DNA of 62,995 bases, counting the filler, from Octopus bimaculoides (taxonomy: Eukaryota), in the NCBI RefSeq assembly GCF_001194135.2. It is 5 parts of 5 records of this genome, joined end to end, with 100 filler letters (N's around TTAATTAATTAA, not from the genome) between each part and the next. Parts side by side here need not be neighbours in the genome. Positions count along the whole stretch, not along the records: positions 24,753 to 54,143 come from NC_068990.1; 4 more parts are not named here. One strand, given 5' to 3'. Under the pieces are notes generated by a model. The model was not told the origin of the DNA. It saw nothing but the letters and a program-made list of their open reading frames with translations, and made no database searches. The translations under genes and the position numbers were made by a program. Every line of letters begins with the position of its first letter. The stretch's first letter is position 1. Below, piece by piece: positions 24,753 to 38,025 of the stretch.

Positions 24753-27029
24753 CAACAGTGTAAGACTACCCTTTCAGATATACTTACATTGTGATTTCTG
24801 CAATGTGGTGCATAAATTGTCAAGTAAATGAGACGCATCTTTGCCTCCACTGATTCACTTGCAAAGTGTTGAGTAAAATTATTTCGTTGCAGACCTCCTT
24901 TGGGTCTTTTTATTATCACTGCGACACACATAGTCCCCAGTTGGTAACATTGATTTCAAGGCCCTCCTAGATGAGAGACTGGCATTCCACTTAATGTCTG
25001 TGTTCCATGCTGGCATGGATTGGAGAGTTATTAATGTAGAAATATGGTATCGTAGCTACTAACAGTTGAGGGTTGCGTAGTCTAGACGGCGTTTTTAGAT
25101 TTCATTATTCTCTTTAACCCGGATATTTCTGCTAGTATAATAATATAAATAATATATAAATATATGCATATATACATATATGTACATACCTACATATATA
25201 TGTATATATACATGCATATATGGGTACAGGACATAAAAAAAACATTGAACACAATGAGAAACGAAAACATAAAAACGAAAACAGAAAACAAACTTTTTTC
25301 GAACAACGAAAAAAACAGAAAAGAGACATGCAACATAAAGAGTATACCCCTTTATCAGTTGTCCCCTGTTTCATCTACTCCGCGTTTCGAAGGCAAGGAC
25401 AATACGCGACTTCGTTGGAACAGTCCGTCCCGCAAAGCAAATTAAATAAAATTTGGGATTTTTTGTGGAGGGTGAAAGTGTTTACAAGAACAGGACAGTG
25501 AGAACAATACAGTAAAAACACGACAGTAAAAACAAACAGTGAAGGCTGTTGATTTGGCTCAACAGCCCTCACCGTTTGTTTTTACTGTCTTGTTCTCACT
25601 GTCCTGTTCTTGTTACCACTTTCACCCTCCGCAAAAAATCTCAAATTTTATTTAATTTACTTTTGTGGGAAGGACTATTTCAATGAAGTCGCGTATTGTC
25701 CTTGCCTTCGAAACGCAGAGTCGATGAAATAGGGACAATTGACGAAGGAGTTTCTCTTTATGCTGCATGTTTCGTTTCTCTGTTTGTTTTTTCCGTTGTT
25801 TGCAAAGAAGTTCGTTTTCTGTTTTGTTTTTATGCTTTCATTTCTCATTGTGTTCAATGTTTTTTTGATGTCCTGTACCCATATATGCATGTATATATAT
25901 ATACATATATATGCATATATCCATACCGGTATGTACATACCTACATATATTATTATTAAGGTGGTGAGCTGGCAGAACCGTTAGCATGCCATGCATAATG
26001 CTTAATAGTATGTTGCCTGTCTGTGCATTCTTAGTTCAAATTTTGCCGAGGTTGACTTTGCCTTTCATCCTCTCAGGGTCGATAAAATATGTACCAGTTG
26101 AACGCTGGGGTTGATGTAATCGACTCATCCCCTCCCCCAAAATTGCTGCCCCTGTGGCAAAATTTTGAAACCATTATTATTATTAATATGGCAGTGAGCT
26201 GGCAGAATCGTTAGCACGCTGGGCAAAATGCTTAGTGGTATGTCGTCTGCCACTATGTTCTGAGTTGAAATTCCTCCAAAGTTGATGTTGCNNNNNNNNN
26301 NNNNNNNNNNNNNNNNNNNNNNNNNNNNNNNNNNNNNNNNNNNNNNNNNNNNNNNNNNNNNNNNNNNNNNNNNNNNNNNNNNNNNNNNNNNNNNNNNNNN
26401 NNNNNNNNNNNNNNNNNNNNNNNNNNNNNNNNNNNNNNNNNNNNNNNNNNNNNNNNNNNNNNNNNNNNNNNNNNNNNNNNNNNNNNNNNNNNNNNNNNNN
26501 NNNNNNNNNNNNNNNNNNNNNNNNNNNNNNNNNNNNNNNNNNNNNNNNNNNNNNNNNNNNNNNNNNNNNNNNNNNNNNNNNNNNNNNNNNNNNNNNNNNN
26601 NNNNNNNNNNNNNNNNNNNNNNNNNNNNNNNNNNNNNNNNNNNNNNNNNNNNNNNNNNNNNNNNNNNNNNNNNNNNNNNNNNNNNNNNNNNNNNNNNNNN
26701 NNNNNNNNNNNNNNNNNNNNNNNNNNNNNNNNNNNNNNNNNNNNNNNNNNNNNNNNNNNNNNNNNNNNNNNNNNNNNNNNNNNNNNNNNNNNNNNNNNNN
26801 NNNNNNNNNNNNNNNNNNNNNNNNNNNNNNNNNNNNNNNNNNNNNNNNNNNNNNNNNNNNNNNNNNNNNNNNNNNNNNNNNNNNNNNNNNNNNNNNNNNN
26901 NNNNNNNNNNNNNNNNNNNNNNNNNNNNNNNNNNNNNNNNNNNNNNNNNNNNNNNNNNNNNNNNNNNNNNNNNNNNNNNNNNNNNNNNNNNNNNNNNNNN
27001 NNNNNNNNNNNNNNNNNNNNNNNNNNNNT

Positions 27030-27060
<31 letters not shown>

Positions 27061-30040
27061 GCGTTTAACGTCCGCTTTCCATGCTAGCATGGGCTGGACG
27101 ATTTGACTGAGGACTACAACGGGCTTCTTCCAGTTTCTATCTACCAAATCCACTCACAAGGCTTTGGTCGACCCAAGGCTGTAGTAGAAGACACTTGCCC
27201 AAGGTGCCATGCAGTGGGGCTGAACCCGAGACTATGTGGTTGGTAAGCAAACTACTTACCACACAGCCACTCCTTTGCCCTATAATTTCTAGATGACCTC
27301 AACAAGTTACACCTATTTGTAAATTGTGAGAAAATTTTTTCTCCATGGCAAAACCCAATGAATGACTTCCTTTTGGGTTCAACATGTTTCAGACATGTTC
27401 AGACATGTTTCAAACATGCTTCAGACATGCTTGAAATGGTAACAAATTTATATTGATACACATCACTGCTTAGCACTGTCCATCCATCCATACATACATG
27501 TAGCTAGGGCACTCTATAATGAAATCTGTTGGAAGGATAATCCCAGGACAAAGAAATAAGAACCCACGATATGGTAGAAGCCATGGCCACTCATAATAAA
27601 AAGGAATGCTGATGGAATGTACCAGTGAAGACCTCAATAAAATGTAAGCACAACAGACCTGGTATAATGATTTGGGATAGAAAAGAGAAACTGCACGGTT
27701 GTAGAAATTAGCTGCCCAGTGGATTTTAACATAAAGCTGGAGATCAGTGAAAAAGAGAACACCTATCTGCAGCTACTCTATCCAGATTACAAGTTCAGGT
27801 TTATCATGGGTCGATTCCTGTGAGATTTTTGATGGCTCACCAGGCCTGCATGGCTCACCTTCTCCCACAAACCACACACACAAAAAACAACACCCTCTCT
27901 GGGAATATGTAACACACTGCCTAAATACCAATCTTGAGAAATTAGGCTTCTGAAAGCTAGAAAGGAGAAAGCTAATTCAGAGACTACAGATTCAGTCCAT
28001 CACTGGAACTGTAAAAATCTGTAAAACTTTCCAGAAGTTTATCATTTAAATATATATGAGTATGTCTAGATATGTAACTATATGCATGAGAATACATACA
28101 TAAAACATACAAATCTGCACATACATATCTACATACATACATACATACATACATACGTATGAAATTCCAATGAAGGCGCGTTGGATCTAGGTTACAAACT
28201 GGCTCTGTCTCTATTGAAATCTTGAAATAAACTGAATAATTACATACATATATCATAGCTGCACCCTCGTTACACGAGAAAAGCCATTGCCAAAAAGATT
28301 TACTGAAATAATTCATTATTGTTGCCATGTGATGCCCTTATATGACTTTTAAGCCCGGCCATATTACATACTGGACAACCATGCTGGCTGGCAGGAGATA
28401 CAGGTGCCACCATATGCACTCTCTTAACACGTCTTTTCAGAGAGGGTGTTGTTTTTTGTGTGTGTGGTTTGTGGGAGAAGGTGAGCCATGCAGGCCTGGT
28501 GAGCCATCAAAAATCTCACAGGAATCGACCCATGATAAACAGTGATGTGGCTATTAAAATTCACAACAGAACATACATGCACACATGCACACACACGCAC
28601 ACATGCACATGTACACACATATACACACATACATGCACACACACATACACGCACACGTACATGTGCACACATGCACACACGTATACACACACGCACACAT
28701 GTGCGCACACACACATGTGCGTGCACACACACACACACACACACGTACACACACGTGTGTATGGGGTTGACATTATATATATCCTTTTATTCTTTCCTTT
28801 TATTCATTTGTCATGTGACTGTGGTCATGCTGGAGCACCACCTTTAGTCGAACAAATAGACCCCAAGATTTATTCTTTGTAAGCCCAGTACTTATTTTAT
28901 CAGTCTATTTTGCTGAACCGTTAAGTTATAGGGATGTAAACGCACCAGTATCAGTTGTCAAGCGATGGTGGGGAGAACAAACACAGATACACAAACATAT
29001 ATATATATATATATATAGATAAAACACAAAAAACATAAAACACAAACCCATTCAGGTAGATGGCCCTGCTCAGTATGTAGAAAAGGAGTAGGTAGTAACT
29101 CTATAAGATGTACCCGGTGCAAGCTATGGACACATAAGAGGTGCAGCAATATCAAAGGCAGATAAACTACGAAGTTAGTTTTTGTATGTGGCAGATGTTC
29201 AGGTGCAATAAACACTGTAAACAAACAGGNNNNNNNNNNNNNNNNNNNNNNNNNNNNNNNNNNNNNNNNNNNNNNNNNNNNNNNNNNNNNNNNNNNNNNN
29301 NNNNNNNNNNNNNNNNNNNNNNNNNNNNNNNNNNNNNNNNNNNNNNNNNNNNNNNNNNNNNNNNNNNNNNNNNNNNNNNNNNNNNNNNNNNNNNNNNNNN
29401 NNNNNNNNNNNNNNNNNNNNNNNNNNNNNNNNNNNNNNNNNNNNNNNNNNNNNNNNNNNNNNNNNNNNNNNNNNNNNNNNNNNNNNNNNNNNNNNNNNNN
29501 NNNNNNNNNNNNNNNNNNNNNNNNNNNNNNNNNNNNNNNNNNNNNNNNNNNNNNNNNNNNNNNNNNNNNNNNNNNNNNNNNNNNNNNNNNNNNNNNNNNN
29601 NNNNNNNNNNNNNNNNNNNNNNNNNNNNNNNNNNNNNNNNNNNNNNNNNNNNNNNNNNNNNNNNNNNNNNNNNNNNNNNNNNNNNNNNNNNNNNNNNNNN
29701 NNNNNNNNNNNNNNNNNNNNNNNNNNNNNNNNNNNNNNNNNNNNNNNNNNNNNNNNNNNNNNNNNNNNNNNNNNNNNNNNNNNNNNNNNNNNNNNNNNNN
29801 NNNNNNNNNNNNNNNNNNNNNNNNNNNNNNNNNNNNNNNNNNNNNNNNNNNNNNNNNNNNNNNNNNNNNNNNNNNNNNNNNNNNNNNNNNNNNNNNNNNN
29901 NNNNNNNNNNNNNNNNNNNNNNNNNNNNNNNNNNNNNNNNNNNNNNNNNNNNNNNNNNNNNNNNNNNNNNNNNNNNNNNNNNNNNNNNNNNNNNNNNNNN
30001 NNNNNNNNNNNNNNNNNNNNNNNNNNNNNNNNNNNNNNNN

Positions 30041-30284
30041 AAAAGACACCATTTTGAGCGTGGCCGTTGCCAGTACTGCCTGACTGGCCCTCGTGTGGGT
30101 GACACGTAAAAGCACCCACTACACTCTCTGAGTGGTTGGCGTTAGGAAGGGCATCCAGCTGTAGAAACTCTGCCAAATTAGATTGGAGCCTGGTGTTGCC
30201 ATCCGGTTTCACCAGTCCTCAGTCAAATCGTCCAACCCATGCTAGCATGGAAAGCGGACGTTAAACGATGATGATGATGATGAT
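30041..30284 (+). mobile_element. RTE-type LINE 3' UTR copy with (GAT)n tail
   Basis: Highly similar to 6850-7037 and 32570-32807; ends ACGTTAAACGATGATGATGATGATGAT. Minus-strand tail at 27029-27110. Confidence 0.7.
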
Positions 30285-31418
30285 ATATAATGGACTTCTT
30301 TCAGTTTCCATCTACCAAATCCACTTACAAGGCTTTGGTCAGCCCGAGACTATAATAGAAGACACCTGTCCAAGGTGTCACACAGTAGGACTGAACCCAG
30401 AACCACGTCGTTGATAAACAAACTACTTACCACACAGTCGCTCCTGCACATGCCATGCGTATCTATATACAAACAAATAAGACAGACTTCTTTCAGTTGT
30501 CACCTACCAAACCTATTCATAGGGCTTTGGCTATTAACTAGGATGTTTGTGGATAAAATTAAAAAACAGTAATTTACTCCAACATGTGTCACTTACCTTA
30601 GCCATAAATAGAGAGCACAGTGTAGGAACAAAACACATCTGTAAACACAGACATCAAAATGTAATTGATAAATATTTCATTGTTGTTTAGACCAAGCAGA
30701 TCTATGATCATAGGTATTCCATCCACGACCATCCCTCCTACACTTTTGTTTCAGCTATAGTGTATATGCTCCGAGGCTTTGTAGCCAACATTAAACTTCT
30801 CTGCTCCATGATGTAAAATGTAATCTTCTGTCTGAATGCATTTAAATAATCACCATGTTCCTTACTGTTTTTTGGATGGTAGGGGCCAGAGCTTGATTTG
30901 AAGGAGATCTGATTATCGTTTGTAGGAGACAAAGTAGCAATATAGAGGCTCCCTTGATTGATATCCCATTAGTTTGTAGTACCGGGTTTAAATTCTGTTA
31001 CACACTTCAACAAAGTTGAAGAGGGAGAAGAAAGTTTCGCCAGCTGACTTAATAGAAAGAAAAAGAAAAAGACAAAAAGCCAAAAAGAGACCACATGCTC
31101 ATGTTACTTACCTCATGTAAACAAACACATTCCCTCGATATAACTGAGAACTTGATAAACAGCATATTTTCTAATGTTATACACCACCCTTAGATATCTC
31201 ATTTCTGGTGTCACTAACTACTGCTAAATAACATATTTTCTGATTACGAGACTGCTGAATCATAACATTTATGATACTAACCGACACTTAACATATTTAT
31301 GGTGTCATTAACGACCGCAGAATAGTAACATTTATGATGTTACTAAGGACTGCTACCGATCATATTTATAATATTACTGACCATCATTATCATTGTTATT
31401 TTAATGTCCATTCCATTA

Positions 31419-31624
31419 AAGGCGGCGAGCTGGCAGAAACGTTAGCACGCTGGGTGAAATGCTTAGCGGTATTCTGTCTGTCATTACATTCTGAGTTCAA
31501 ATTCCGCCGAGGTCGACTTTGCTTTTGGGGTCGATGAATTAAGTACCAGTTGCATACTGGGGTCGATCTAATCGACTGGCCCCCTCCCCAGAATGTTCAG
31601 GCCTTGTGCCTAGAGTAAAAAAGA
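31419..31624 (+). mobile_element. tRNA-derived SINE, family A
   Basis: Same head, core and tail as 23125-23548. Further copies or fragments at about 9680-9990, 23862-24060, 25958-26290, 37380-37600, 41220-41400, 42920-43255, 46370-46960, 51720-51860 and 52228-52455. Confidence 0.85.
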
Positions 31625-33030
31625 GTGTCCATTCCATGCTTGCATGGGTCAGATGGAATTCGTTGAGGTAGAAGGGCTGCATGCCCTTCCTGTCACCAAC
31701 CCTCACTTATTTTCAAGCAAGGTAGTAATTCTCCATGGCTAGACTCGTTTTTCTGTATGGAAGACAGGAAATGAACAGCACCACTTGTACGTTGGTGATG
31801 CTCATTTACAACCATCTGTATGTGTCTTTGACGCTATGTCCTGTCCCCCAAATGCTTGACAACCAGTGTTGGTTTGTTTATGTCTCCATAACATTTGGCT
31901 GTTTAGCAAAAGAAACTGATAGCATGACTACCAGGCTTTAAAACAAGCACTGGTGTTAATTTGTTCAACTTAAACCTTCATGGTGGTGCTCCAGCATGGG
32001 ACACCACCTTAAAATAAATGAAAGGTTTAAGATAAAAGACTGGAAACTATAATGATGGAATTGTCATAGATGTGTTCAAGTAAGGGTGACCTAAGGCTAA
32101 ACAACACCACCACCACCACCACCACTGGTCAAGTGTTTAGTAACACTTGACCAGTGTTACTAAACACTGGTCAAGACTATTTTTCATATTGTTTACACTC
32201 CAGTCAATCTTGATTGAGCAGATTTATGATTGAAGGTGCTCCAGTTGTGACCATTCTATCTATTTGTACGTCAGCAAATACATTATGCAATGTCCCTGCT
32301 CTATCAAAGATGGTTGGGTGTGATTTGAGGCAGATTTAGCTGCTATTTCTCACATATTCATCCACCCTGTAGTGACTTCCATATTGGTTTGCTTGCCTCT
32401 TATTCATCACATTTCTGATGTCATTAACTTAGATTGGTTCCTTGTTTCTCTGGGATTGGTAAAATTGATATAGACGCCTCTGATGAGATTCCAATAAGAT
32501 TCAAAAAGTTGTTCATCATTTTTCCAATCTATGAAGAAATAACTAAATTAGCCTTGAAATTGTAGTCGTGGCTGATGCCAGTGCCGCCTGACTGGTACCC
32601 GTGCGGCCTGACTAGCACCTGTGCAGGTGACATGCAAAAAAGCACCCACTACACTCTCAGAGTGGTTGGCGTTAGGATGGGCATCCAGTTGTAGAAACCT
32701 TACTAGATCAGATTGGAGCCTGGTGCAGTCTCCTGGCTTGCCAGTCCTCAGACAAACCGTCCAATCCATGCCAGCATGAAAAGCAGATGTTAAATGATGA
32801 TGATGATACTGTGTGGACTGAGATCCCTGTATGCAAATTAGTAGCTCCAGTTTTCTGTAGCTATTGTAATTTTTGAGTATATAAACAGATTGACTGCCTG
32901 TTTCTCTGGAATTGGTGAAACTGATGTAAATCCCTTTAATGAGATTGCAATCAGATGCAAAAATCGATTAAGGTCGTCCATCATTTTTTTCAATCTATGG
33001 AGTAATAGCTAAATTAGCCCTATTTATATG

Positions 33031-33490
33031 CCGTAAATCCTCAAGTATAATCCACATTTTTTCCCCAAAATTTAAAGGTCAAAATCCCTAGTGCGTACTA
33101 TATATGAGGTTAAAAATGAAGAATATTTTCTAAGCAATGTCCAAGTCTCTATTTGCTGTCCGGCAATGTTTATTCAGACGCATTTTGTGATGTCGGGCGT
33201 GAAAATACCTTAAGCTGTATTTTTCACTGACGTTATTACTGTTATTTCTTTATTTTCTGCAAACAAAGTGCACAAAAAAAGCTACACATTTGCATTGTTA
33301 TATATACAATAATAATAAAGGATGTTACCGTATATACGTTTACAAACCAAGGACGTTATATAGACCTCCTTGACTCAAGTTAGAGAAGGGGTGCGTATTA
33401 TACACAAGGTTTAGGTTTTTTAGAGGTACAGCCCCCTAAAAATCCCCTGTGTATTATACTCAAGGGCGGACTATACTCGAGGATTTACGG
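33031..33490. mobile_element. MITE with Tc2/pogo-like CCGTA termini
   Basis: TIRs CCGTAAATCCTCAAGTATAATCC and GGACTATACTCGAGGATTTACGG; TA on the right and TG on the left; subterminal GTG(C)GTA(C/T)TATA repeats. Confidence 0.75.
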
Positions 33491-34413
33491 TAGATACTAT
33501 ACAGGTTACATATATTATATTATAAAGGTTACAGTTAACCTAATAGCTTCTCCAATTGATTGATTGATGCAAACAAAGAGGGAATGATTAAAGACAGAAA
33601 CCAACTTTGGTGTGATTACAGTTCAGCGTAACATTTTCGTAGTAAGTCATAATCACAAAAATTGGAATTTTTCTATCTTACCATTCATTTTTTTTTTCAA
33701 TTATTTACAAAATTCACGGAGATTAGAAAAGATTTTTAACAAGGACAAGGAACAATATAAAAAAAAATGGAAACATCAAGTAGCAGAGTTGGCACTCTTT
33801 AAACGATTGTAAAATTTCATTTTATTTTATTTTATTCTGTATGGTAGGGTTGGATCTGAGGGTAGGGTAGGGAATAGTGGAGGGGGGTACATTGTATCTG
33901 GAGAAAAAAATATGAGACTTTTGTCATAAATTTTGGCTACAGAAAATCTGTATATGTACATATATATATATATGGTTGTATTTATATATATGTAGGTATA
34001 TACATGTGTTTATATGTAGGTATATATACATATATGTATTTATACATGTATAAGTGTATATATGTGAATATATATATATACATACATACACATACACATA
34101 CAAACATATGCGTTTTTTTTTTTAACAAAGACCACTCATAACATAATATCTGATATATTTCATAGAAATAAATCTTGATAACATTTGACCTTCAGAAAAT
34201 ATTTGAATAATCTATGCAAGATGATAGATTTTTTTTATTATTATTTTATATAAACCTTTCAACATGAAATCCCATTGTTTTTTTTTTTTATGTTTTTGAT
34301 TTTAGTGTAATATATATTTATATATATATATTTATATATATATATTTTATATGTATCTTGTCTTGGGGGTGGGTATATTTATATATATTTATAATATTCT
34401 TCAACCATTCTTT

Positions 34414-35457
34414 CTAATCATCACTTTTGTAGGTGTTTGTTACGTCAGTTTCATTAAGACAACATGGCCATGCAAATTTACGATTAATCATTTTGAACAA
34501 ACGTTTGTTATACGGTTGAAAGAATGTTCGAAGATTATCTAAAATATGTGGGTCTACTTTGGCATGCTTGCGTCCTTTACCGCTAGACAAACACCTCTCG
34601 GTTGTTGTATTCCTCATACAATAGAAGCCACGTGTTGAATTAAAATAGAAATTATCTGCAGTGAATTTGTGTTCTAAATTCAAGAATGTTTCAACTTTAC
34701 GAAGTTCGTGAAGTGGATTGTGCAGAAGAATGTCCCCATCAACAAAATGCATCTGTTCTATAGGGAATAATCGCAGCCATCTCAATAGATGTTTGCAATA
34801 TATACTCGTGTCCACTGCTCGGTAATCCGTGTCAACTTTACTAATCATAGGGTTCATTACAAGGTCTTTAAACTGGAAGCAAGTCTTATTCTCTGCCATT
34901 CGATTATGGCACACCTGAGTATAATCCGATACGACACGGATCGTCGGGTCACGGAAGATAATCAAAAGTTTAATGGTTTGGTTCATTTTATAGATTCTTT
35001 CTGGAACCTTTTTAGTTATAAAATAAGCAGGTGTTTTTTCTATTGTGATTTCATCTTCATAAGTGTATGGCATTTCCTTTCGATACCATTCTAAACCTTT
35101 TTTGTAATTGTGTTCTTTGTTGAAAAAGTGCATTTCGGACTTTGAGATTTGTATATTTGGATGGATTGAGAGGAATTCCAGTAAAGCACGAGTACCACAT
35201 TTCCTAACACCAATTATTATACAGTTTGGGTTTCTTTGAAGTAAGTTACCAGAATGATTTTTTCTTTCGGACTGTTCTTGAAGTAACCTGCGATATATAC
35301 TCTGTGGGAAGCTGTGTCCAAGAGGATTGGTCCGTGTTGGAAGAATATTCATTATTCCTCTTTGATTGAAGATTAAGGACATGAAGAAATACTGGATGGC
35401 CAGAATGAACAGGCACACCCAATATCGTAAGTTCCTTGGCGGTGCCATCTTAAACAT
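34414..35457 (-). CDS. HS3ST: Heparan sulfate glucosamine 3-O-sulfotransferase (HS3ST1/5-like group), single coding exon
   Basis: 347-aa ORF with an N-terminal signal anchor (YWVCLFILAIQYFFMSLIF), PAPS 5'-PSB loop IIGVRKCGTRALLEFL, EMHFF, EKTPAYF, 3'-PB RDPTIRVVSDYTQ and FYFNSTRGFYC...CLSSGKGRKH. The paralog number cannot be fixed by eye. Confidence 0.93.
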   Translation of the reverse strand: MFKMAPPRNLRYWVCLFILAIQYFFMSLIFNQRGIMNILPTRTNPLGHSFPQSIYRRLLQEQSERKNHSGNLLQRNPNCIIIGVRKCGTRALLEFLSIHPNIQISKSEMHFFNKEHNYKKGLEWYRKEMPYTYEDEITIEKTPAYFITKKVPERIYKMNQTIKLLIIFRDPTIRVVSDYTQVCHNRMAENKTCFQFKDLVMNPMISKVDTDYRAVDTSIYCKHLLRWLRLFPIEQMHFVDGDILLHNPLHELRKVETFLNLEHKFTADNFYFNSTRGFYCMRNTTTERCLSSGKGRKHAKVDPHILDNLRTFFQPYNKRLFKMINRKFAWPCCLNETDVTNTYKSDD

Positions 35458-35533
35458 AAATCAGTCAGTAGATTCTTCATATAAAACAATGGTAAAATTC
35501 GAAATTGTTAATCTTGATTTTTTTTCTCCGGAT

Positions 35534-35565
35534 CTGAAAAATAAAGAGAAAGGAATAAATCTAAT
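35534..35565 (-). promoter_or_regulatory. Splice acceptor of a 5'-UTR intron of the HS3ST gene
   Basis: Minus strand reads TTTATTCCTTTCTCTTTATTTTTCAG|ATCCGG, 76 nt upstream of the ATG at 35457. Confidence 0.6.
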
Positions 35566-35748
35566 GAAAATATCAAAGAGGTAAGACAAAGAAAGAGGAT
35601 TAAAATTTAAAATGTCCAATTTGAAATTAAATGTAAATGTTCCTGGCAGTTAATAGAGTTTATTGTATATGGTGCTCAGGGCCACTGCAAGTCTTCAGAG
35701 AAGCATAAAAGATGGGGTAGAAAGCATCAATTAATTTACAACAATCTT

Positions 35749-36021
35749 GGGGATATGACGTAGTGGTTAAGAGCATGGGCTACTAACCTCAAGATTGCGA
35801 GTTCGATTCCAGGCAGTGGCCTGAATAAATAATAATAATAATGATAATAATATTGAAAAATACCTTAGGAATGAGAACCCAGGTTCAAAATTTCTCCAAG
35901 ACAGCTGATGAAGGCTGGAGGGTATATCAGCTGAAATGTTGTATTAACAACAAACGAGATGAGGACAAATATCCATCAAATGTAAATAATGCACATAATT
36001 CCTCATCTCTTAAATATAGAA
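35749..36021 (+). mobile_element. tRNA-headed SINE-like element with a hammerhead-like tail, copy B (more decayed)
   Basis: A-box TGACGTAGTGG (35756-35766), B-box GTTCGATTCC (35801-35810), (AAT)n, CTGATGA at 35905-35911, GAAA at 35933-35936. Same 3' end (CCTCATCTCTTAAATATAGAA) as copy A. Confidence 0.72.
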
Positions 36022-37247
36022 TTGAGATTAAATTTATATCTTCTACTAGTTTTTCTTTGACTGTGGCCATGCTGGGGCACCAGCTTTAAGGGTTTCATTG
36101 AACAAATCGGCCCCAGTTCTTATTTTTGAAGTTTTGTATTTATTCTATCAGTCTCTTGCGGCACTGTTAAGTCACAGGGATGAAAAGATTAAATTGCAGA
36201 TTCTGAGTCTCAGAAGCGGAAAAAATCTGAAGTCAAAGGAGGAGGTGGAGTTGGGAGTGGGTCAGGAGTTAAAACAAATACCCGTGGAAATAAATAAATT
36301 GGTGGGAATGGTTTGTAAAACACCTACACATAAGCGCCAAAACATTCTTAATTGAAACTTCCCCCCTAATTACAGAAAGAAAACAACATCAAGTAATAAT
36401 TATTAGCAGCTCTCTCTCTTTCTCTTCATAAGTGTGTGTATACAGTGCTCAGGTGCACTACAACTTGTCAAAAGTGCGTATAAAGCATATGCAGTATTGT
36501 GCAAATGTCTGGAAAGTGAACCGTGTATGAGTCAGATACATGCTTGCATGTGTATGGAGGGGGATAAAATCAGGTGTAGTGTTGGTGAATCTCAAGAAGA
36601 AGCAAGGAAGTTTTGAAGGATGCAGTGCTCCAACAACTAACAATTGATGCTAACAATTGATGCCGGCAGTTTGTTCCATACTTCAGCAACTCTTAGCGTG
36701 TAAAAGTGTTTCTGAAAGCCATGGGAGCTGTGTATGTGCATATAGGTATATATATGTGTTTGCATGAATGTATGTATGTGTATCTGTGTGTATACACAAA
36801 TGTATGTGTGCATGTCAAATATGTGTGTGTATATATATTTATTTATATTTGTGTGCGTGTAAATCTAATATAATGAGAAAACTAATGTGTGTCAGTGTGT
36901 CACACTTAGACATCCCTCTCTCACTATTCAGTGACACTCCTACTATTGCTCATGCTGGGGTGAGAGAAATGGTAGGCATAGAGATGGTGAGGGCAGTGGC
37001 AAAGACATACAGAGAGAGAGAGAAAGAAATTTTAGGGAGAATTGATGATGTTTTATTAAAAGTAGTAGTATTGATGGTGGCAGTGGGAGTAATAATAAAA
37101 GAGAGAAAGAGTGGGTATGTGAGAGAAAGAGGGAGATGATGTACAACTTTGTTTGACCATGTCTCTTTGATAGAAATTCCTGTGGCCAACATACTGAACC
37201 TGAACCAACATACTGAACATTATCATTTTTGTTTATTTTGATTTCTT

Positions 37248-37282
<35 letters not shown>

Positions 37283-37976
37283 AAATACACTTTAATTGAA
37301 ATAACATTTCCCCCAAATGAAACATATCTAATATAATAAATGTGTATGTCAGTGTGTCACACTTTTTCAACTTTAATAAATCCTTTCTACAGGAAGCATA
37401 AGGCCTCAAATTTTTTGGGAAGGAAGTAAGTTGATTACATCGACCCCAGTATGTAACTGGTACTAATTTTATTGACCCCCCGAAAGGATGAAAGCCAAAG
37501 TCGACCTTTGCGGAATTCAAACTCAAAACCTAATGGCAGACAAAATACCGCTAAGTATTTCACCCGGCATGCTAACGATTCTGCCAGCTTTCTACCTTAA
37601 TGTAATATAATAATATAATAAATGTGAATGTCAGTGTGTCACACTTTTTCAACTTTACTCCTAGAGGCCATAGCCCAACATATCATACCATTTTGGGATC
37701 AGGTGGATTTCGTGAGTAAATTAAAAACATTCTGGGCCGAATCCTGACCCACAGTCCTGAAATTCTGGATTCCCAAGTTTTCGTTACTGTGATTCCTTTT
37801 GGCAATTTTTTAGGCAATTTTTTAAGGTAACTTTTTGTGAGAAATTTTTTTTGTACCACAACAATTTTTATAATCTAAATGCTAACTCTGTGAGTAAATT
37901 AAAAACATTCCAGGCCGAATCCAGATCTGCNNNNNNNNNNAATATTTTATTATCTTGTTGTTGAAATGATTGGTGC

Positions 37977-38025
<49 letters not shown>

